Shown here: one piece after another, positions 49,945 through 61,051 of the stretch
Layout of the letters: the number at the start of each line of letters is the position of its first letter
Numbering within the stretch: the stretch's first letter is position 1
Source of the DNA: an uncultured archaeon
Lineage (GTDB): Archaea; Thermoplasmatota; Thermoplasmata; Thermoplasmatales; Thermoplasmataceae
Reading direction: 5' to 3'
DNA length: 64,000 nt
Assembly: GCA_000965745.1 (NCBI GenBank)
Contig: CP009479.1
Span: 1,024,001 to 1,088,000, forward strand
The notes under the pieces: generated by a model
What the model saw: the letters and a program-made list of their open reading frames with translations, nothing else
The model's database searches: none
What the model was told of the DNA's origin: nothing
Program-made: the position numbers and the translations under genes

Positions 49945-51603
49945 TTACTCCATTCCACCCATGCCGCCCATACCTGGGGGCATTCCGCCGCCTGGAGGCA
50001 TGCCTGGTGGGGCTCCGCCCTGTCCACCGGATGATTTTGTAGCTATTACATCATCAATCCTGAGAATCATGACGCTTGCCTCTGTGGCAGAATCAATGAC
50101 CTGCTTTCCGACTCTGATAGGCTCAATAACGCCTGCCTTCTCCATGTCCTCGACCTGGCCGGTGTAGACGTTCACGCCCATGTTCTTCTTTCCATTGGCG
50201 TGTTCCTGCCTCATCTTTATCAGTATGTCGATCGGATCAAGTCCTGCATTCTCTGCAAGAGCCCTCGGGATTTCCTCGAGTGCGTTTGCGAATCTCTCGA
50301 TTGCGAGCTGCTGCCTGCCGCCGACCTTTGAAGCGTACTCCCTCATCTTGTAGGCGATCTCGGCTGCAGCTGCTCCACCGCCGAGTGTGTATGCTCCATC
50401 CTCGAGTGCTGTTGCAACCACATGAAGTGAGTCTGTAAGGGATCTGTCTATCTCATCGACAACGTGCTCTGTTCCGCCTCTGACCAGGACGCTTACAGCC
50501 TTGGGGTTCTTGCAGCCTGTTACGAATGTCATATAGTCGTCTCCGACCTTGACCTGCTCAACTCTCTCGGCATATCCGAGATCGTTTTCCCCTATTTCGT
50601 CCATGGAAGCCGCTATTGAAGCTCCCGTTGCCTTGGCGAGTTTTTCAATATCGCTTTTCTTCACCCTTCTTACAGCGTATATGCCTTCCTTTGAAAGGTA
50701 GTGCTGTGCCATGTCGTCTATCCCTTTCTGAGTTATCAGGACTGTGGCTCCAGTTGCCTTGACTTTCTGCACCATTTCCTTGAGGAGGTCCTCTTCCTGT
50801 GAAAGGAATTTCTGTATCATTGAGGGGTCGTCGATCCTTATGTTTGTGTCAAACTCAGGCTTCTTGATTTCAAGTGCTGCGTTGAGCAGGGCTATCTTGG
50901 CGTCTTTAACAAGCCCGGGCATTCCGGGGTGTACCTTCTCCTTGTCCACAATGATCCCGTTGATCATTTCAGTGGCGTCTATGTCGGCTCCCTGCTTCTT
51001 TACGACCTGTATGTTGTCGAAATCAACAGTGTACTTTCCCTCGTTCTGCTCAGCTACGGCCTTTACAAGCTCGTATGAGATCTCAGCCAGTTTTTCCTTT
51101 GCTCCGGAAGCGCTCTTGCTGCTAAGTGAAGTCTGCGCCATCTTCATGAGAAGTTCCTTGTCGTCAGGCTTTACCTTCTTTGAAACATCATCAAGAATCT
51201 TCTTGGCATGAAGAGCGGCGGTCCTGTACCCGTTTGCTATAACGGTCGGATGCACGTTCTGTGCAATCAGATTTTCAGCTTCCTGAAGCAGTGCGCCAGC
51301 AACAATGACTGCTGTTGTAGTACCGTCTCCAACGTATGAATCCTGGGTCTTTGAGACCTCCACCATCATCTTGGCAGCCGGATGCTCCACATCCATTTCT
51401 TTGAGAATGGTGACTCCGTCGTTGGTGATAACAATGTCTCCCAAGGAGTCTACCAGCATTTTATCCATGCCTCTCGGTCCAAGGCTGGACCTTACTGCCT
51501 GGGCGATACCTTTCGCAGCTTCGATGTTGTTTTTCATCGCGTCCCTTCCGGACTCTCTCTTTGTTCCTTCTTTAAGTATGAATATTGGTTGTCCACCCAT
51601 CAT
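49945..51603 (-). CDS. thsB: thermosome (group II chaperonin) subunit, beta-like
   Basis: [41 protein letters not shown]. The beta assignment is from recalled Thermoplasma sequences. Confidence 0.9.
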   Translation of the reverse strand: MMGGQPIFILKEGTKRESGRDAMKNNIEAAKGIAQAVRSSLGPRGMDKMLVDSLGDIVITNDGVTILKEMDVEHPAAKMMVEVSKTQDSYVGDGTTTAVIVAGALLQEAENLIAQNVHPTVIANGYRTAALHAKKILDDVSKKVKPDDKELLMKMAQTSLSSKSASGAKEKLAEISYELVKAVAEQNEGKYTVDFDNIQVVKKQGADIDATEMINGIIVDKEKVHPGMPGLVKDAKIALLNAALEIKKPEFDTNIRIDDPSMIQKFLSQEEDLLKEMVQKVKATGATVLITQKGIDDMAQHYLSKEGIYAVRRVKKSDIEKLAKATGASIAASMDEIGENDLGYAERVEQVKVGDDYMTFVTGCKNPKAVSVLVRGGTEHVVDEIDRSLTDSLHVVATALEDGAYTLGGGAAAAEIAYKMREYASKVGGRQQLAIERFANALEEIPRALAENAGLDPIDILIKMRQEHANGKKNMGVNVYTGQVEDMEKAGVIEPIRVGKQVIDSATEASVMILRIDDVIATKSSGGQGGAPPGMPPGGGMPPGMGGMGGME

Positions 51604-51738
51604 ATCTATCCAATTGCGTAAAAATAAACTTCTATATAAGTATTTCTAATTTCATCTGGACTGTGTAATGCATTGTTTTTGCATTGAATTTTTGGATGTG
51701 GAATGAATTGTTGATAATTTTTTTAACCTGAACTATAT

Positions 51739-52035
51739 ATGTCATGCATGATAGAGTTCAATACCTTTGAGAGAGGAGACAAAACATACACTTACCTGAA
51801 AGTTGAAATGGGAAAGGCTCCGTTTCTTCTTGTCAAAGGGCAGAAAGGGTATATTATGTGCGGATACATGAACCTGGAGGCTGCAACAAAGCTTGGAGAT
51901 CTGGGTGTCAGGGTCTCAGGAGTAAGCGACCTCAACACGGTTCTTGAAAGCAAGGTTGCTGGATGCACCCCAGCCGCGAAGGAAGCTGGAATCGAGGAAG
52001 GAGACAGGGTATCGGACATCATCCACCTGATATAA
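51739..52035 (+). CDS. DUF1805 / YunC family protein
   Basis: KGYIMCGY, VSGV, GIEEG. Confidence 0.85.
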   Translation: MSCMIEFNTFERGDKTYTYLKVEMGKAPFLLVKGQKGYIMCGYMNLEAATKLGDLGVRVSGVSDLNTVLESKVAGCTPAAKEAGIEEGDRVSDIIHLI

Positions 52036-52060
52036 ACCGGGAAAACAGAAAAGGAAAGAA

Positions 52061-52546
52061 ATGAGCAAAGGAAAAGGCGAAGCTGCTGTCGGGCTTCTGA
52101 CAAACGGGGAAAATATTCTGCTTATCAAAAGGGCGAAAAGGGATGGAGACCCATGGTCCGGGCACATCGCCCTACCCGGAGGGTTTGTCAAGGATGGGGA
52201 ATCCAGGGAGAAAGCAGTTCTGAGAGAGATATTGGAGGAGACATCCATTGATCTTGGGGAGAATTCAATAGTAAGAAGGATGCCTGCCCAGCATCCAATG
52301 AACAGGAGATATGTAACAGTCTACCCGTTCGTCCTGTCCGTCCAGGGATATGAAGGTGCTATTCCTGGACCTGAGGTGGAAGACATAAGGGTGGTAAGGC
52401 TCAAGGACCTTGTGCATAAAGAACATTACTTCTATGGGAGGGACGCCTATCTGGCAGACGACTGGATTATCTGGGGCCTCACCTATAAGATACTTGCCGA
52501 TTACTTTAACGGTGGACCCTACGGGCGCAGCTCGGTGACCACCTGA
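52061..52546 (+). CDS. NUDIX hydrolase (CoA pyrophosphatase-like)
   Basis: DPWSGHIALPGG, REILEET Nudix box, IWGLT. Confidence 0.9.
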   Translation: MSKGKGEAAVGLLTNGENILLIKRAKRDGDPWSGHIALPGGFVKDGESREKAVLREILEETSIDLGENSIVRRMPAQHPMNRRYVTVYPFVLSVQGYEGAIPGPEVEDIRVVRLKDLVHKEHYFYGRDAYLADDWIIWGLTYKILADYFNGGPYGRSSVTT

Positions 52547-52551
52547 TCTGC

Positions 52552-53559
52552 CTAAAAGCGGCTGATTATCCTCGTTCCCGCCGGATCGAACTTTATTCTT
52601 ATCACAAACTTTGACCACTGCAGCATTTTCTTCTGAAGTTCGGAAATCATCTCTTCCTTTGAAACAATAAGAAGAAACCCCTGCGAGCCCCCGCCCATAA
52701 GCTTCGCCCCCTGGGCGCCATTATCAAGGGCATTCCTGATGATCCGGTCTATCTTGTTGTTAGTTACATTGGTCCCCAGTTTTTTCTTTATATCCCAACC
52801 TTCATTTATGTCTTCAATGAATTTATCCATATCCTCGTTTATCACAGACTTGCGCATGTTCTCTGCAAGGTCCCTGAGAACCACAAGGTTCGACAGAACG
52901 TCCTGATCATTCCTGCTTGCCTTCTGAACCTGCTCCATCAGGACATCGGAACTCTCCCTGGTCTCTCCCGTGTATACAAGAAGTATGCGTGATTCCAGGT
53001 TCCTGACAAATGAATCCTGGTTCCTGATCGAGTAGTTGTCAACCCCGTCCTTCCTGAACTTCATGAACTTGAAGCCGCCGAGGGAAATGGCGTATGGGTC
53101 CTGTTTTCCCAGTGTAACACCAAACTTGTTTTTCTCCGTCTCAAAGGCCTCTGAAGCAATCTCCATTTCACTCCTATCCTTGCCTCTCAGCTCATAGATC
53201 AGTTTCAGGACAGCGGTAGTCAGTGCGCTTGATGAACCGAGGCCTGATCCGGGAGGCACATCGCTGTTGATGATCACCCTTCCCGTTCTGATTTCATTCG
53301 TGTCAAAGAGGTCCATAAGTTTTTCGAGCACATTGCCAGGCTTCCGGCCTGAGGAGAGTATGTAACTGCTAACAAAATCCCTGGATGAAATCTCCAGAGG
53401 ATACCGATCCTCTTTGTAGGTAACTGTGACGCCTCTGTCAATCGTTGTGTTTATGACTGCGCCTCCGTGGGTCTCCGGAAAAGGTGAGATGTCAGTCCCG
53501 CCTCCTCCAAAACTTATTCTCAAAGGGCTGTAAGATACTACCGGCTTAATTCCAACCAT
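52552..53559 (-). CDS. GHMP sugar kinase (HddA-like heptose-7-phosphate kinase)
   Basis: PLRISFGGGGTD, PPGSGLGSS, GKQD, GGGSQG. ATG at 53559 preferred. Confidence 0.88.
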   Translation of the reverse strand: MVGIKPVVSYSPLRISFGGGGTDISPFPETHGGAVINTTIDRGVTVTYKEDRYPLEISSRDFVSSYILSSGRKPGNVLEKLMDLFDTNEIRTGRVIINSDVPPGSGLGSSSALTTAVLKLIYELRGKDRSEMEIASEAFETEKNKFGVTLGKQDPYAISLGGFKFMKFRKDGVDNYSIRNQDSFVRNLESRILLVYTGETRESSDVLMEQVQKASRNDQDVLSNLVVLRDLAENMRKSVINEDMDKFIEDINEGWDIKKKLGTNVTNNKIDRIIRNALDNGAQGAKLMGGGSQGFLLIVSKEEMISELQKKMLQWSKFVIRIKFDPAGTRIISRF

Positions 53560-53562
53560 CTC

Positions 53563-53650
53563 CCGACGGACAGTACACCGTGGCTGTTTCTGCATAGCGT
53601 TTGGCCACGGATCTAATCCCGTTCGCCCACGGGTTAAACCTCGCCGTCTC
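53563..53650. ncRNA. candidate ~90-nt three-way-junction RNA element (leader of kinase gene or sRNA)
   Basis: GACGG/CCGTC, CCGTGGC/GCCACGG and CCCGT/ACGGG perfect stems in a GC-rich patch next to an AT-rich promoter region. Confidence 0.6.
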
Positions 53651-53762
53651 ATAACTTAATCTTTAACTTATTTATTAAACACTGCGATTGGCCGGCCGCT
53701 GTTTTAATCAGATGTTGCGGTGGCCTACTAACGCATTTATACTATCTGAATATTAAAGATAA

Positions 53763-54305
53763 ATGACAGGTGAAGGAAGTTTCTGGCATTCTGTCCCAAC
53801 GGGCCCAAACCCACCTGAGGAACTTTATGTGGTTATTGAGACACCGAAGGGAAGCAAGAACAAGTATGAGATATCAAAGGATTTTCCGGGAATGATGCTT
53901 GACAGGGTCCTGCATTCGTCAGTAATGTACCCCATAGACTACGGACTTATCCCTAGGACATACTATCTTGACGGAGACCCTCTGGACGCCATGGTTCTCG
54001 TATCGCAGAAGACCTATCCCGGAATCGTGATTGAAGCCAGGCCCATCGCGATGATGGAAATGATCGACCAGGGCGATCTGGACAACAAGATTCTTACAGT
54101 GGCAAAGGGAGACCCTATGTTCAGGGATATAGAATCCATGGATCAGCTTCCAAAACACCTTCTAAACGAGATTTCCAACTTCTTCGAGACCTATAAGATA
54201 CTTGAAAAGAAGAAGACGGAAGTGAACGGCTGGAAAGGAAAGAATGAAGCCGTGGATGAGATTAAAAAATCTATAGGGCTATACAACGACAAGTTCAAGA
54301 AATGA
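53763..54305 (+). CDS. ppa: family I inorganic pyrophosphatase
   Basis: KNKYE, LDRVL, DGDPLD, FFETYK. Confidence 0.96.
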   Translation: MTGEGSFWHSVPTGPNPPEELYVVIETPKGSKNKYEISKDFPGMMLDRVLHSSVMYPIDYGLIPRTYYLDGDPLDAMVLVSQKTYPGIVIEARPIAMMEMIDQGDLDNKILTVAKGDPMFRDIESMDQLPKHLLNEISNFFETYKILEKKKTEVNGWKGKNEAVDEIKKSIGLYNDKFKK

Positions 54306-54320
54306 TCCTCTGGTGATGCC

Positions 54321-54656
54321 ATGTCAGAAGTCGTCATACCCGTCGGCAAGGGCAGGGTGCGGATAAAAAAGAATGTTTCAAAGGAAGCGGTGAAAGGAAA
54401 ATACGTGGTTATGAGAAGCACTGCAAGAACCGGCCCCTGCAACGACGACCTCTGCCAGATCATCAGGGGAGTGAAAATATCTCTGGAAGTTCCAGGTGAG
54501 GACGAAGACGAACTCTCCATTTTTGCCGGTGAAGGCCTGTTCCTGGCAATCGACAAATCGATTGTGAATTCCATAGACAAGGGGAGGCAGGATATCACTG
54601 TGGGGTTGGGCCTCACAGGGAGACCCTACATCAAAGGATTAAATTACGCAGATTGA
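54321..54656 (+). CDS. hypothetical protein
   Basis: 111-aa ORF 15 nt after ppa with GGTGA RBS; GPCNDDLC motif. Confidence 0.75.
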   Translation: MSEVVIPVGKGRVRIKKNVSKEAVKGKYVVMRSTARTGPCNDDLCQIIRGVKISLEVPGEDEDELSIFAGEGLFLAIDKSIVNSIDKGRQDITVGLGLTGRPYIKGLNYAD

Positions 54657-54714
54657 ATTCACCTTTCCTGATCGAGGTCAAGAGGTTGGTGTCTTAATAC
54701 GCTTCATAATTCCA

Positions 54715-55949
54715 ATGGATCGCCCATTTTCGGAAACAGGATATTCTGGACGGTATCCGTAGCATCCTCTATAAGGTCAATCGGTTTCGGGGCAACCTGG
54801 CCCTACATGGCCATATATTTCAAGCAGGAGCTTGGACTTCCTACCATTGAGGTTGGAATAATATTCACCCTTCTCTCAGGGACATCAGTTCTTTTCAGCA
54901 TAGTAGGAGGGGCACTGGCGGATTATATCGGCAGAAGAAAAACCCTTCTTGTTGGAAGCCTCGGGGGATTTTTCGTCTACGCAGGTATAGTTGCGTTCAT
55001 CTCTTTTCATAAGCCTGATCTCTGGATTATAGCCGCATTCATTTTCTCATCATTTTCAGGCTCCCTTGTTTTCCCTTCTGCGTCCGCACTCGTTTCCGAT
55101 GTCACTTCTGAGAGCGAAAGGTTCACTGCATTCAGCATTTACAGGATTCTCAGCAATGTGGGATGGGCTATTGGCCCACTCATAGGCGCATACATATACG
55201 GCACAGGAGTTGAATTCGTATTCCTCTTCGTGGCGATATCAAGCGTGGTGCAGTTCGTGATCGTCCTTGTACTGGTTAGTGAAAAAGCGATCCCCAACAG
55301 GTGGACTGAGCAGAACAAGGGCAAGAAATTCAACATCCTGTCCTTTGACAGGTACCTTATATTCTTCGGGGCAGGGACCTTCCTGATAACAGTGGTTGCT
55401 TCGCAGTTCTCCGTGACACTTCCCACCTACTCGGTTATCCATGTGGGGTTGAGTGCATCAGATCTCGGTTATATCTACGCTGTGAATGGTGCAGTTGTAG
55501 TTCTTGGGCAGTACCCCATGACCACTTTCATGCGGCGCTTTTCAGACATAACAACAATGGCACTTGGAGCAGTCCTTTATAGCATCGGGTATTTTCTTGT
55601 GGGTTTCTCGAACTCGCTTCCCCTCCTGATGCTGGACATGGTCATAATCACTGCAGGGGAGAATCTGACGTCTCCGGGGATAAACACAATAGTCTCTAAG
55701 ATTGCGCCAAGGGACAGAACTGCAAGGTACATGGGGTTCATAGGAATGCTGAATTCCACTGGCAGGGCACTTGGGCCATCCGTGGGAACAATCTTCCTTT
55801 CGATATACCTGTTCGAGGGGGTAAAAACCTGGGCCTCAATATCTATGTTCGGAGCTGCAGCGGTGTTCATACTGCTGATATTCGGAAGGGTCCCCTATAT
55901 AAGGGCCAAAATAGGGGCACAGAAAAAGGCACTGCCTTCTAGAAGTTGA
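54715..55949 (+). CDS. MFS transporter (12 TM) with apparent 5' frameshift
   Basis: GALADYIGRR motif A. The TM1-coding frame extends upstream of ATG 54807 without an in-frame start; ATG 54715 is one base out of frame. Confidence 0.85.
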
Positions 55950-56790
55950 GCGAAAGAACAATTGAGGCAAGAAAAATTATTCCGATGAATGAGTTCGCCC
56001 CAAGGAAGGACATTCTGATTGTCCGGGGGTCATCGGGGTTTATGATGTAATGCTGGTAGATTATCAGTGCCAGTATTATGGCCAGCGCGACGGCATAGTA
56101 TATCGTGCTGAAGTAGAATATGAGAAGGGCGAGTGCCGCGAACGTTACCACGTGTGTTGCGACAGAAATCCTGAGGCCCGTTTTTACGGGATATTCAGTC
56201 ATGACGGTCTTCAGGTTGTTTTTCCTGTCGAATTCAATATCCGGAATCACGTATATCATGTCAAAACCCGCGATCCAGAGTGAAGACGCGATAAATATCA
56301 GGTATATCTGGGGGTCGGTCGGGAAAACAGGTGTCACTGCCAGGTAACCTGCCAGTACGCCCACACCTATGGTCGTACCCATGTAGATGTGCCTCCATCT
56401 CGTGACCTTTTTCATGAAAGGGTCAGTAACGAAGAGGAAGAGTACGACGGGGGAGAGCATAAGAACCAGAGTATTCAGAAGATACGCCGAGACTTCAAAA
56501 ATTACCACGAAAACCGCTGTCAGCAAGAGGGCAGTGCTGGTTGACATCGATCCCCTTACCAGGCTCCACTCCCTTTTCCTCGGGTTGGTAACGTCATACT
56601 TTTTTCCCTCAATCCTGTTTATGGACATCGCAGCGGCCCGTGCTGTGGTGGTCGCCACAAGTATCATGAGAAACTTGAACCAGTCATAGTGTGTCCCTGA
56701 TGCTATAACTGCCCCGCTGAATACGAACGGAAGATCGAATACCGTGTGCTCGAGCTTAATGTAGTCAACTATCTCTCTGAAAGTTACCAT
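55939..56790 (-). CDS. UbiA-family prenyltransferase (MqnP-like)
   Basis: IKLEHTVFDLPF, NPRKR, WIAGFDMIY, DIEFD. Confidence 0.9.
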   Translation of the reverse strand: MVTFREIVDYIKLEHTVFDLPFVFSGAVIASGTHYDWFKFLMILVATTTARAAAMSINRIEGKKYDVTNPRKREWSLVRGSMSTSTALLLTAVFVVIFEVSAYLLNTLVLMLSPVVLFLFVTDPFMKKVTRWRHIYMGTTIGVGVLAGYLAVTPVFPTDPQIYLIFIASSLWIAGFDMIYVIPDIEFDRKNNLKTVMTEYPVKTGLRISVATHVVTFAALALLIFYFSTIYYAVALAIILALIIYQHYIINPDDPRTIRMSFLGANSFIGIIFLASIVLSLNF

Positions 56791-58226
56791 AGTCCCAGTT
56801 TTTTCCCTTTGTCTGCAACAGTCTTCCGCACTTCATCGTCCATCTCGAGTACGTCTGGCCATTTCCGGTTGTACCCTTCACTCTCACCCTTCCTTGTCGC
56901 GTCAATGCCCAGTTTGGAACCGTAGTTGAATAGCATTGATGGATGATCCAGGCTATCTGTTACGGTTCCCGGGACGACGAAAACATCCCTCTGTGGATCT
57001 ATCCTTGTTGAGAGTGCCCAGATAACCTGCTTCCTGTCATGAATGTCGATGTTGTCATCCACAACAACAATGATCTTTGAAAACATCAGCTGTCCCAGCC
57101 CCCAGAGGGCAAACATGACCTTCTTTGCCTGCCCGGGGTATCTCTTTTTTATGGATACCACAACCATGTTGTGGAACACAGATTCCTCCATGGTGTTTAT
57201 GTCAACAACCTCCGGGATCTGAAGCTGGATAAGCGGCAGGAATATCCTTTCAATCGCTTTGCCCATTACTACATCTTCATGCCACAGCTTGCCAACAATT
57301 GTTGTCGGGTAAATCGGATTCTTCTTCTCAATGATCTTCCTGATATGGAAAACAGGAAACTCCTCTTCAAGTGAATAGTATCCTGTGTGATCCCCGAACG
57401 GCCCCTCCATCCTTGTTTCCTGCGGGTCCACATAGCCTTCCAGGACAATCTCTGAGTTTTTGGGGTATTCTAGATCCACCGTGTCGCCCCTGACAAGATC
57501 GAACCTCTTCTTCGCCAGCAGGCCCCTGAAGGAAAATTCGTCTATCCCGTCAGGCAGGGGTGCAACTGATGAGAAGATGCTCAAAGGGTCACTACCGAGC
57601 ACGACTGCAACGTCCATGGGCTCCTTCCTCCCCCTGCTTTCAGCCGCATGGCCTGCACCTCCTTTATGAATCTGCCAGTGCATTCCAGTAGTCTCAGAGT
57701 CCAGAACCTGCATTCTGTACATCCCCATATTCTTCTGTCCGGTAACAGGGTCTCTAGTTATGACCAGAGGCATTGTAATGTACCTGCCAGCGTCCATTGG
57801 CCACGTTCTGGGTATCGGGTACCTGTCCAGATCGACCTTTTCCAGGGTGTGGTGCGAACTGCCAAAGCTTCCTGACACTTTTGGCCTTATTCCACCAAGT
57901 TCCTTGAGCATCTCCATTCCCCTGGAGATCATGGACTCAGTGTTGTCTGGAACCCTCACCAGGTTCTTCATTCTTCTTCCTACCTCAATTGCGTCTCCGC
58001 CAAGGACGGCGTTCATTTTCTCTCCTGTTGAAAAGAGGTTACCCACACAGGGTATTTCTGATCCTTCTACATTCTGGAAGAGAAGAGCCCTGCCCTTTCC
58101 AACCCTCTCCTCTTCACTGAGAAGGTAAGTCAACTCAAGATCGGGGTCCACAGAATCCTCTATCCTGACGAGATCTTTGTTTTTACCGAGAAAATCCAGA
58201 TATTCGTGAAGGTCCTCAAAGACCAT
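56784..58226 (-). CDS. UbiD-family decarboxylase (menaquinone biosynthesis, MqnL-like)
   Basis: NMGMYRMQ, EGPFGDHTGYY, DSLDH, KLGIDAT. Confidence 0.92.
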   Translation of the reverse strand: MVFEDLHEYLDFLGKNKDLVRIEDSVDPDLELTYLLSEEERVGKGRALLFQNVEGSEIPCVGNLFSTGEKMNAVLGGDAIEVGRRMKNLVRVPDNTESMISRGMEMLKELGGIRPKVSGSFGSSHHTLEKVDLDRYPIPRTWPMDAGRYITMPLVITRDPVTGQKNMGMYRMQVLDSETTGMHWQIHKGGAGHAAESRGRKEPMDVAVVLGSDPLSIFSSVAPLPDGIDEFSFRGLLAKKRFDLVRGDTVDLEYPKNSEIVLEGYVDPQETRMEGPFGDHTGYYSLEEEFPVFHIRKIIEKKNPIYPTTIVGKLWHEDVVMGKAIERIFLPLIQLQIPEVVDINTMEESVFHNMVVVSIKKRYPGQAKKVMFALWGLGQLMFSKIIVVVDDNIDIHDRKQVIWALSTRIDPQRDVFVVPGTVTDSLDHPSMLFNYGSKLGIDATRKGESEGYNRKWPDVLEMDDEVRKTVADKGKKLGLW

Positions 58227-58363
58227 GGGAATCACACATCTCTTTATCGGATATCATAGTTTTGTGCACAACGCCAGCTTCAATGCCCGACAACATCACA
58301 ATAATGGGACTAATTAAAATAAAATATTTATAAAACACTCCTAATTTCTTATACGCCTTTTAG

Positions 58364-61051
58364 TCAGTCCTGAAGCTCCTTTTCAGGAATTATCGCAGCC
58401 CTTGCTGCTGCAAGCCTTGCGACAGGTATTCTGAACGGTGATGCTGAAACGTAGTCCAGGCCTATTTCATGGCAGAACTCGATGGTTTCAGGATCTCCTC
58501 CCTGCTCACCGCATATGCCTATCTCAAGCTTCCTGTTTGTCTTCCTTCCCTTCTGGACTGCCATCTTCATGAGCTCTCCCACACCATTCCTGTCAACAGT
58601 AGTGAAAGGATCATTCTGCAGCACTCCCTCTTCAAGGTATTTGGCCATGAATTTCCCTTCTGCATCGTCCCTGCTGTACCCGAACGTCATCTGGGTAAGA
58701 TCGTTCGTTCCGAAGGAGAAGAAGTCTGCTGTCTCCGCAATCTGGTCTGCAGTGACACAGGCACGTGGTATCTCGATCATGGTGCCGAACTTGTACTCTA
58801 TTTCCTGCTCATCAAGTGCCTTTTCGGCCACAGTCTCAAGTCTCTCCCTGAGTTTGCTGAGCTCGTTCTTGTGGCCTACGAGCGGGATCATGATTTCCGG
58901 GTATATCTTCTTTCCTTCCCTTATCACCCTGCTGGCGGCCTTGATGATTGCTGTAACCTGCATCTCGTAAATTTCCGGGTAGCTCAGGCCCAGCCTGCAT
59001 CCCCTGAAACCAAGCATTGGGTTGAATTCTTCAAGGTTCTTTATCGTCCTCAGCATCTTGTTGAGCTCTTCAAGCCTGTTTACAAGCCTGTCCAGCTCCC
59101 TCACTTCCTTTGCTGCTGAAAGCTTGAATTTTATGTCGAATATTTCTCTCATGACCTCTTCCTTGTCCGGAAGGAATTCGTGAAGAGGGGGATCGAGGAG
59201 CCTGATGATAACAGGGTATCCTTCCATAGTCCTGAAGAACTCGGTGAAATCAGAGATCTGCATTGGCAGAAGCTGGTTCAGGTAGAACCTTCTCTCAGAT
59301 TCTGTAAGGCTCATGATCATGGCCCTCATAATAGGAATCCTGTCTGTGCCGAGGAACATCCTTTCAGTCCTTGCCAGGCCGATCCCCTCAGCTCCATTTT
59401 CCCTTGCGAGCTTCGCCTCTTCGGGAGTGTTGGCGTTTGCCCTTACCCCGAGCTTCCTGACCTCATCTGCCCATTCCAGAAGCTCATTCGTCTGCTGCTC
59501 TATCCCCGGGACTTCGACTTCCATCTTTTTCAGGTAAAAGTTTCCAGAGGTCCCATCCACAGTTATAATGTCTCCCTCACGAAGTACTTCATCGCCTATT
59601 GTTACACACTCTTCCCTGATGTCAACCGTTATGGCCTCAGCCCCCACCACGGCGGGCTTGCCCATGGCTCTTGCAACCACTGCAGCATGGGATGTCATGC
59701 CACCTTTCTGAGTTAGAAACCCTTCAGAGACAGCCATTCCCCTGACATCATCGGCTGTCGTTTCAGGCCTTACGAGAATTATCCTCTTTCCCTGTTTCGT
59801 AAGCTCAACAGCCTTTTCTGACGTGAAAACTATGGATCCGACCGCTGCTCCCGGTGAAGCTGCAAGGCCTGTTCCGGCCGGGACTTCATCATCTTTCCTC
59901 TTTATCTGTGGATGCAGGAGCAGGTCGAGCGTCTGTGGAGTGATTCGTGTAAGCGCCTCCTCCCTGCTGATCAGCTTCTCCTTGACCATGTCCACAGCGA
60001 CCTTGACAGCCGCTCTGGCAGTCCTCTTTCCTGATCTCGTCTGGAGAAGGTAGAACACGCCTTTCTCGATGGTGAACTCTATGTCCTGCATGTCCTTGTA
60101 ATGCTTTTCAAGGACCTCTGCAGACTTGATCAGATCGCTGTAGGCGTCGGGCAGGCTTTTCTTCATGTCGTCAATGTGCTTTGGAGTCCTTATCCCTGCA
60201 ACCACATCCTCGCCCTGTGCATTTGGAAGGTACTCAGCGAAAAGCATCTTGTTGCCGGTGTTCGGGTCCCTGGTGAATGCCACACCGGTGGCCGAGTCGT
60301 TTCCCATGTTCCCGAATATCATCGAGACCACACTTACTGCTGTCCCGAGGTCCTCCGGTATCTTATGAATTTCCCTGTAGGTTTTTGCCCTTTCAGAGTT
60401 CCATGAATCAAATACAGCCTTGACCGAAAGCCTGAGCTGCTCTATGGGCTCCTGTGGAAATTTTTGCTTGTTCTTGCGGTACACGAGCTTGTATTCTTCA
60501 ATAACCTCACGCATCTCATCTGCTGTAAGATCAACATCTTCACGCTTCCTGTGCTTCTTCTTGATCTGGGTCATCGCACTGTCGAAGTCTGAGTACGGGA
60601 TACCAAGGACAACGACACCGAACATCTGGATAAGCCTCCTGTAAGAATCGTATGCAAATCTCTCATTGTCAGTGGATTCCCATAGCCCCTTCACTGTCTC
60701 ATCGTTGAGGCCGACATTCAGTATTGTATCCATCATCCCCGGCATGCTGATGGCAGCCCCCGACCTTACTGAAACCAGCAGCGGGTTCTTCTTGTCCCCA
60801 AATTTCTTTCCCGTCTCTTCCTCGATCTTGTTCAAATGTTCAATAGCCTGCTCCCACATCCCTTCCGGGAAGTCACGGTTGTCAAGAAAATCAATGCAGG
60901 CAGCTGTACTTATGGTGAATCCCGGAGGCACATTAAGGCCAAGGTTCTTCATTTCCGCAAGGCCGGCACCCTTGCCTCCCAGGAGATCACGCATGTCCTT
61001 GCTTCCTTCTTCAAAGAGATAAACGTATTTTACAGCGCTTTTCACACACAA
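58364..61051 (-). CDS. ppdK: pyruvate, phosphate dikinase
   Basis: LGGKGA, VSVRSGA, GGMTSHAAVVAR, RTERMF, FSFGTNDLTQ, CGE. Confidence 0.97.
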   Translation of the reverse strand: MCVKSAVKYVYLFEEGSKDMRDLLGGKGAGLAEMKNLGLNVPPGFTISTAACIDFLDNRDFPEGMWEQAIEHLNKIEEETGKKFGDKKNPLLVSVRSGAAISMPGMMDTILNVGLNDETVKGLWESTDNERFAYDSYRRLIQMFGVVVLGIPYSDFDSAMTQIKKKHRKREDVDLTADEMREVIEEYKLVYRKNKQKFPQEPIEQLRLSVKAVFDSWNSERAKTYREIHKIPEDLGTAVSVVSMIFGNMGNDSATGVAFTRDPNTGNKMLFAEYLPNAQGEDVVAGIRTPKHIDDMKKSLPDAYSDLIKSAEVLEKHYKDMQDIEFTIEKGVFYLLQTRSGKRTARAAVKVAVDMVKEKLISREEALTRITPQTLDLLLHPQIKRKDDEVPAGTGLAASPGAAVGSIVFTSEKAVELTKQGKRIILVRPETTADDVRGMAVSEGFLTQKGGMTSHAAVVARAMGKPAVVGAEAITVDIREECVTIGDEVLREGDIITVDGTSGNFYLKKMEVEVPGIEQQTNELLEWADEVRKLGVRANANTPEEAKLARENGAEGIGLARTERMFLGTDRIPIMRAMIMSLTESERRFYLNQLLPMQISDFTEFFRTMEGYPVIIRLLDPPLHEFLPDKEEVMREIFDIKFKLSAAKEVRELDRLVNRLEELNKMLRTIKNLEEFNPMLGFRGCRLGLSYPEIYEMQVTAIIKAASRVIREGKKIYPEIMIPLVGHKNELSKLRERLETVAEKALDEQEIEYKFGTMIEIPRACVTADQIAETADFFSFGTNDLTQMTFGYSRDDAEGKFMAKYLEEGVLQNDPFTTVDRNGVGELMKMAVQKGRKTNRKLEIGICGEQGGDPETIEFCHEIGLDYVSASPFRIPVARLAAARAAIIPEKELQD

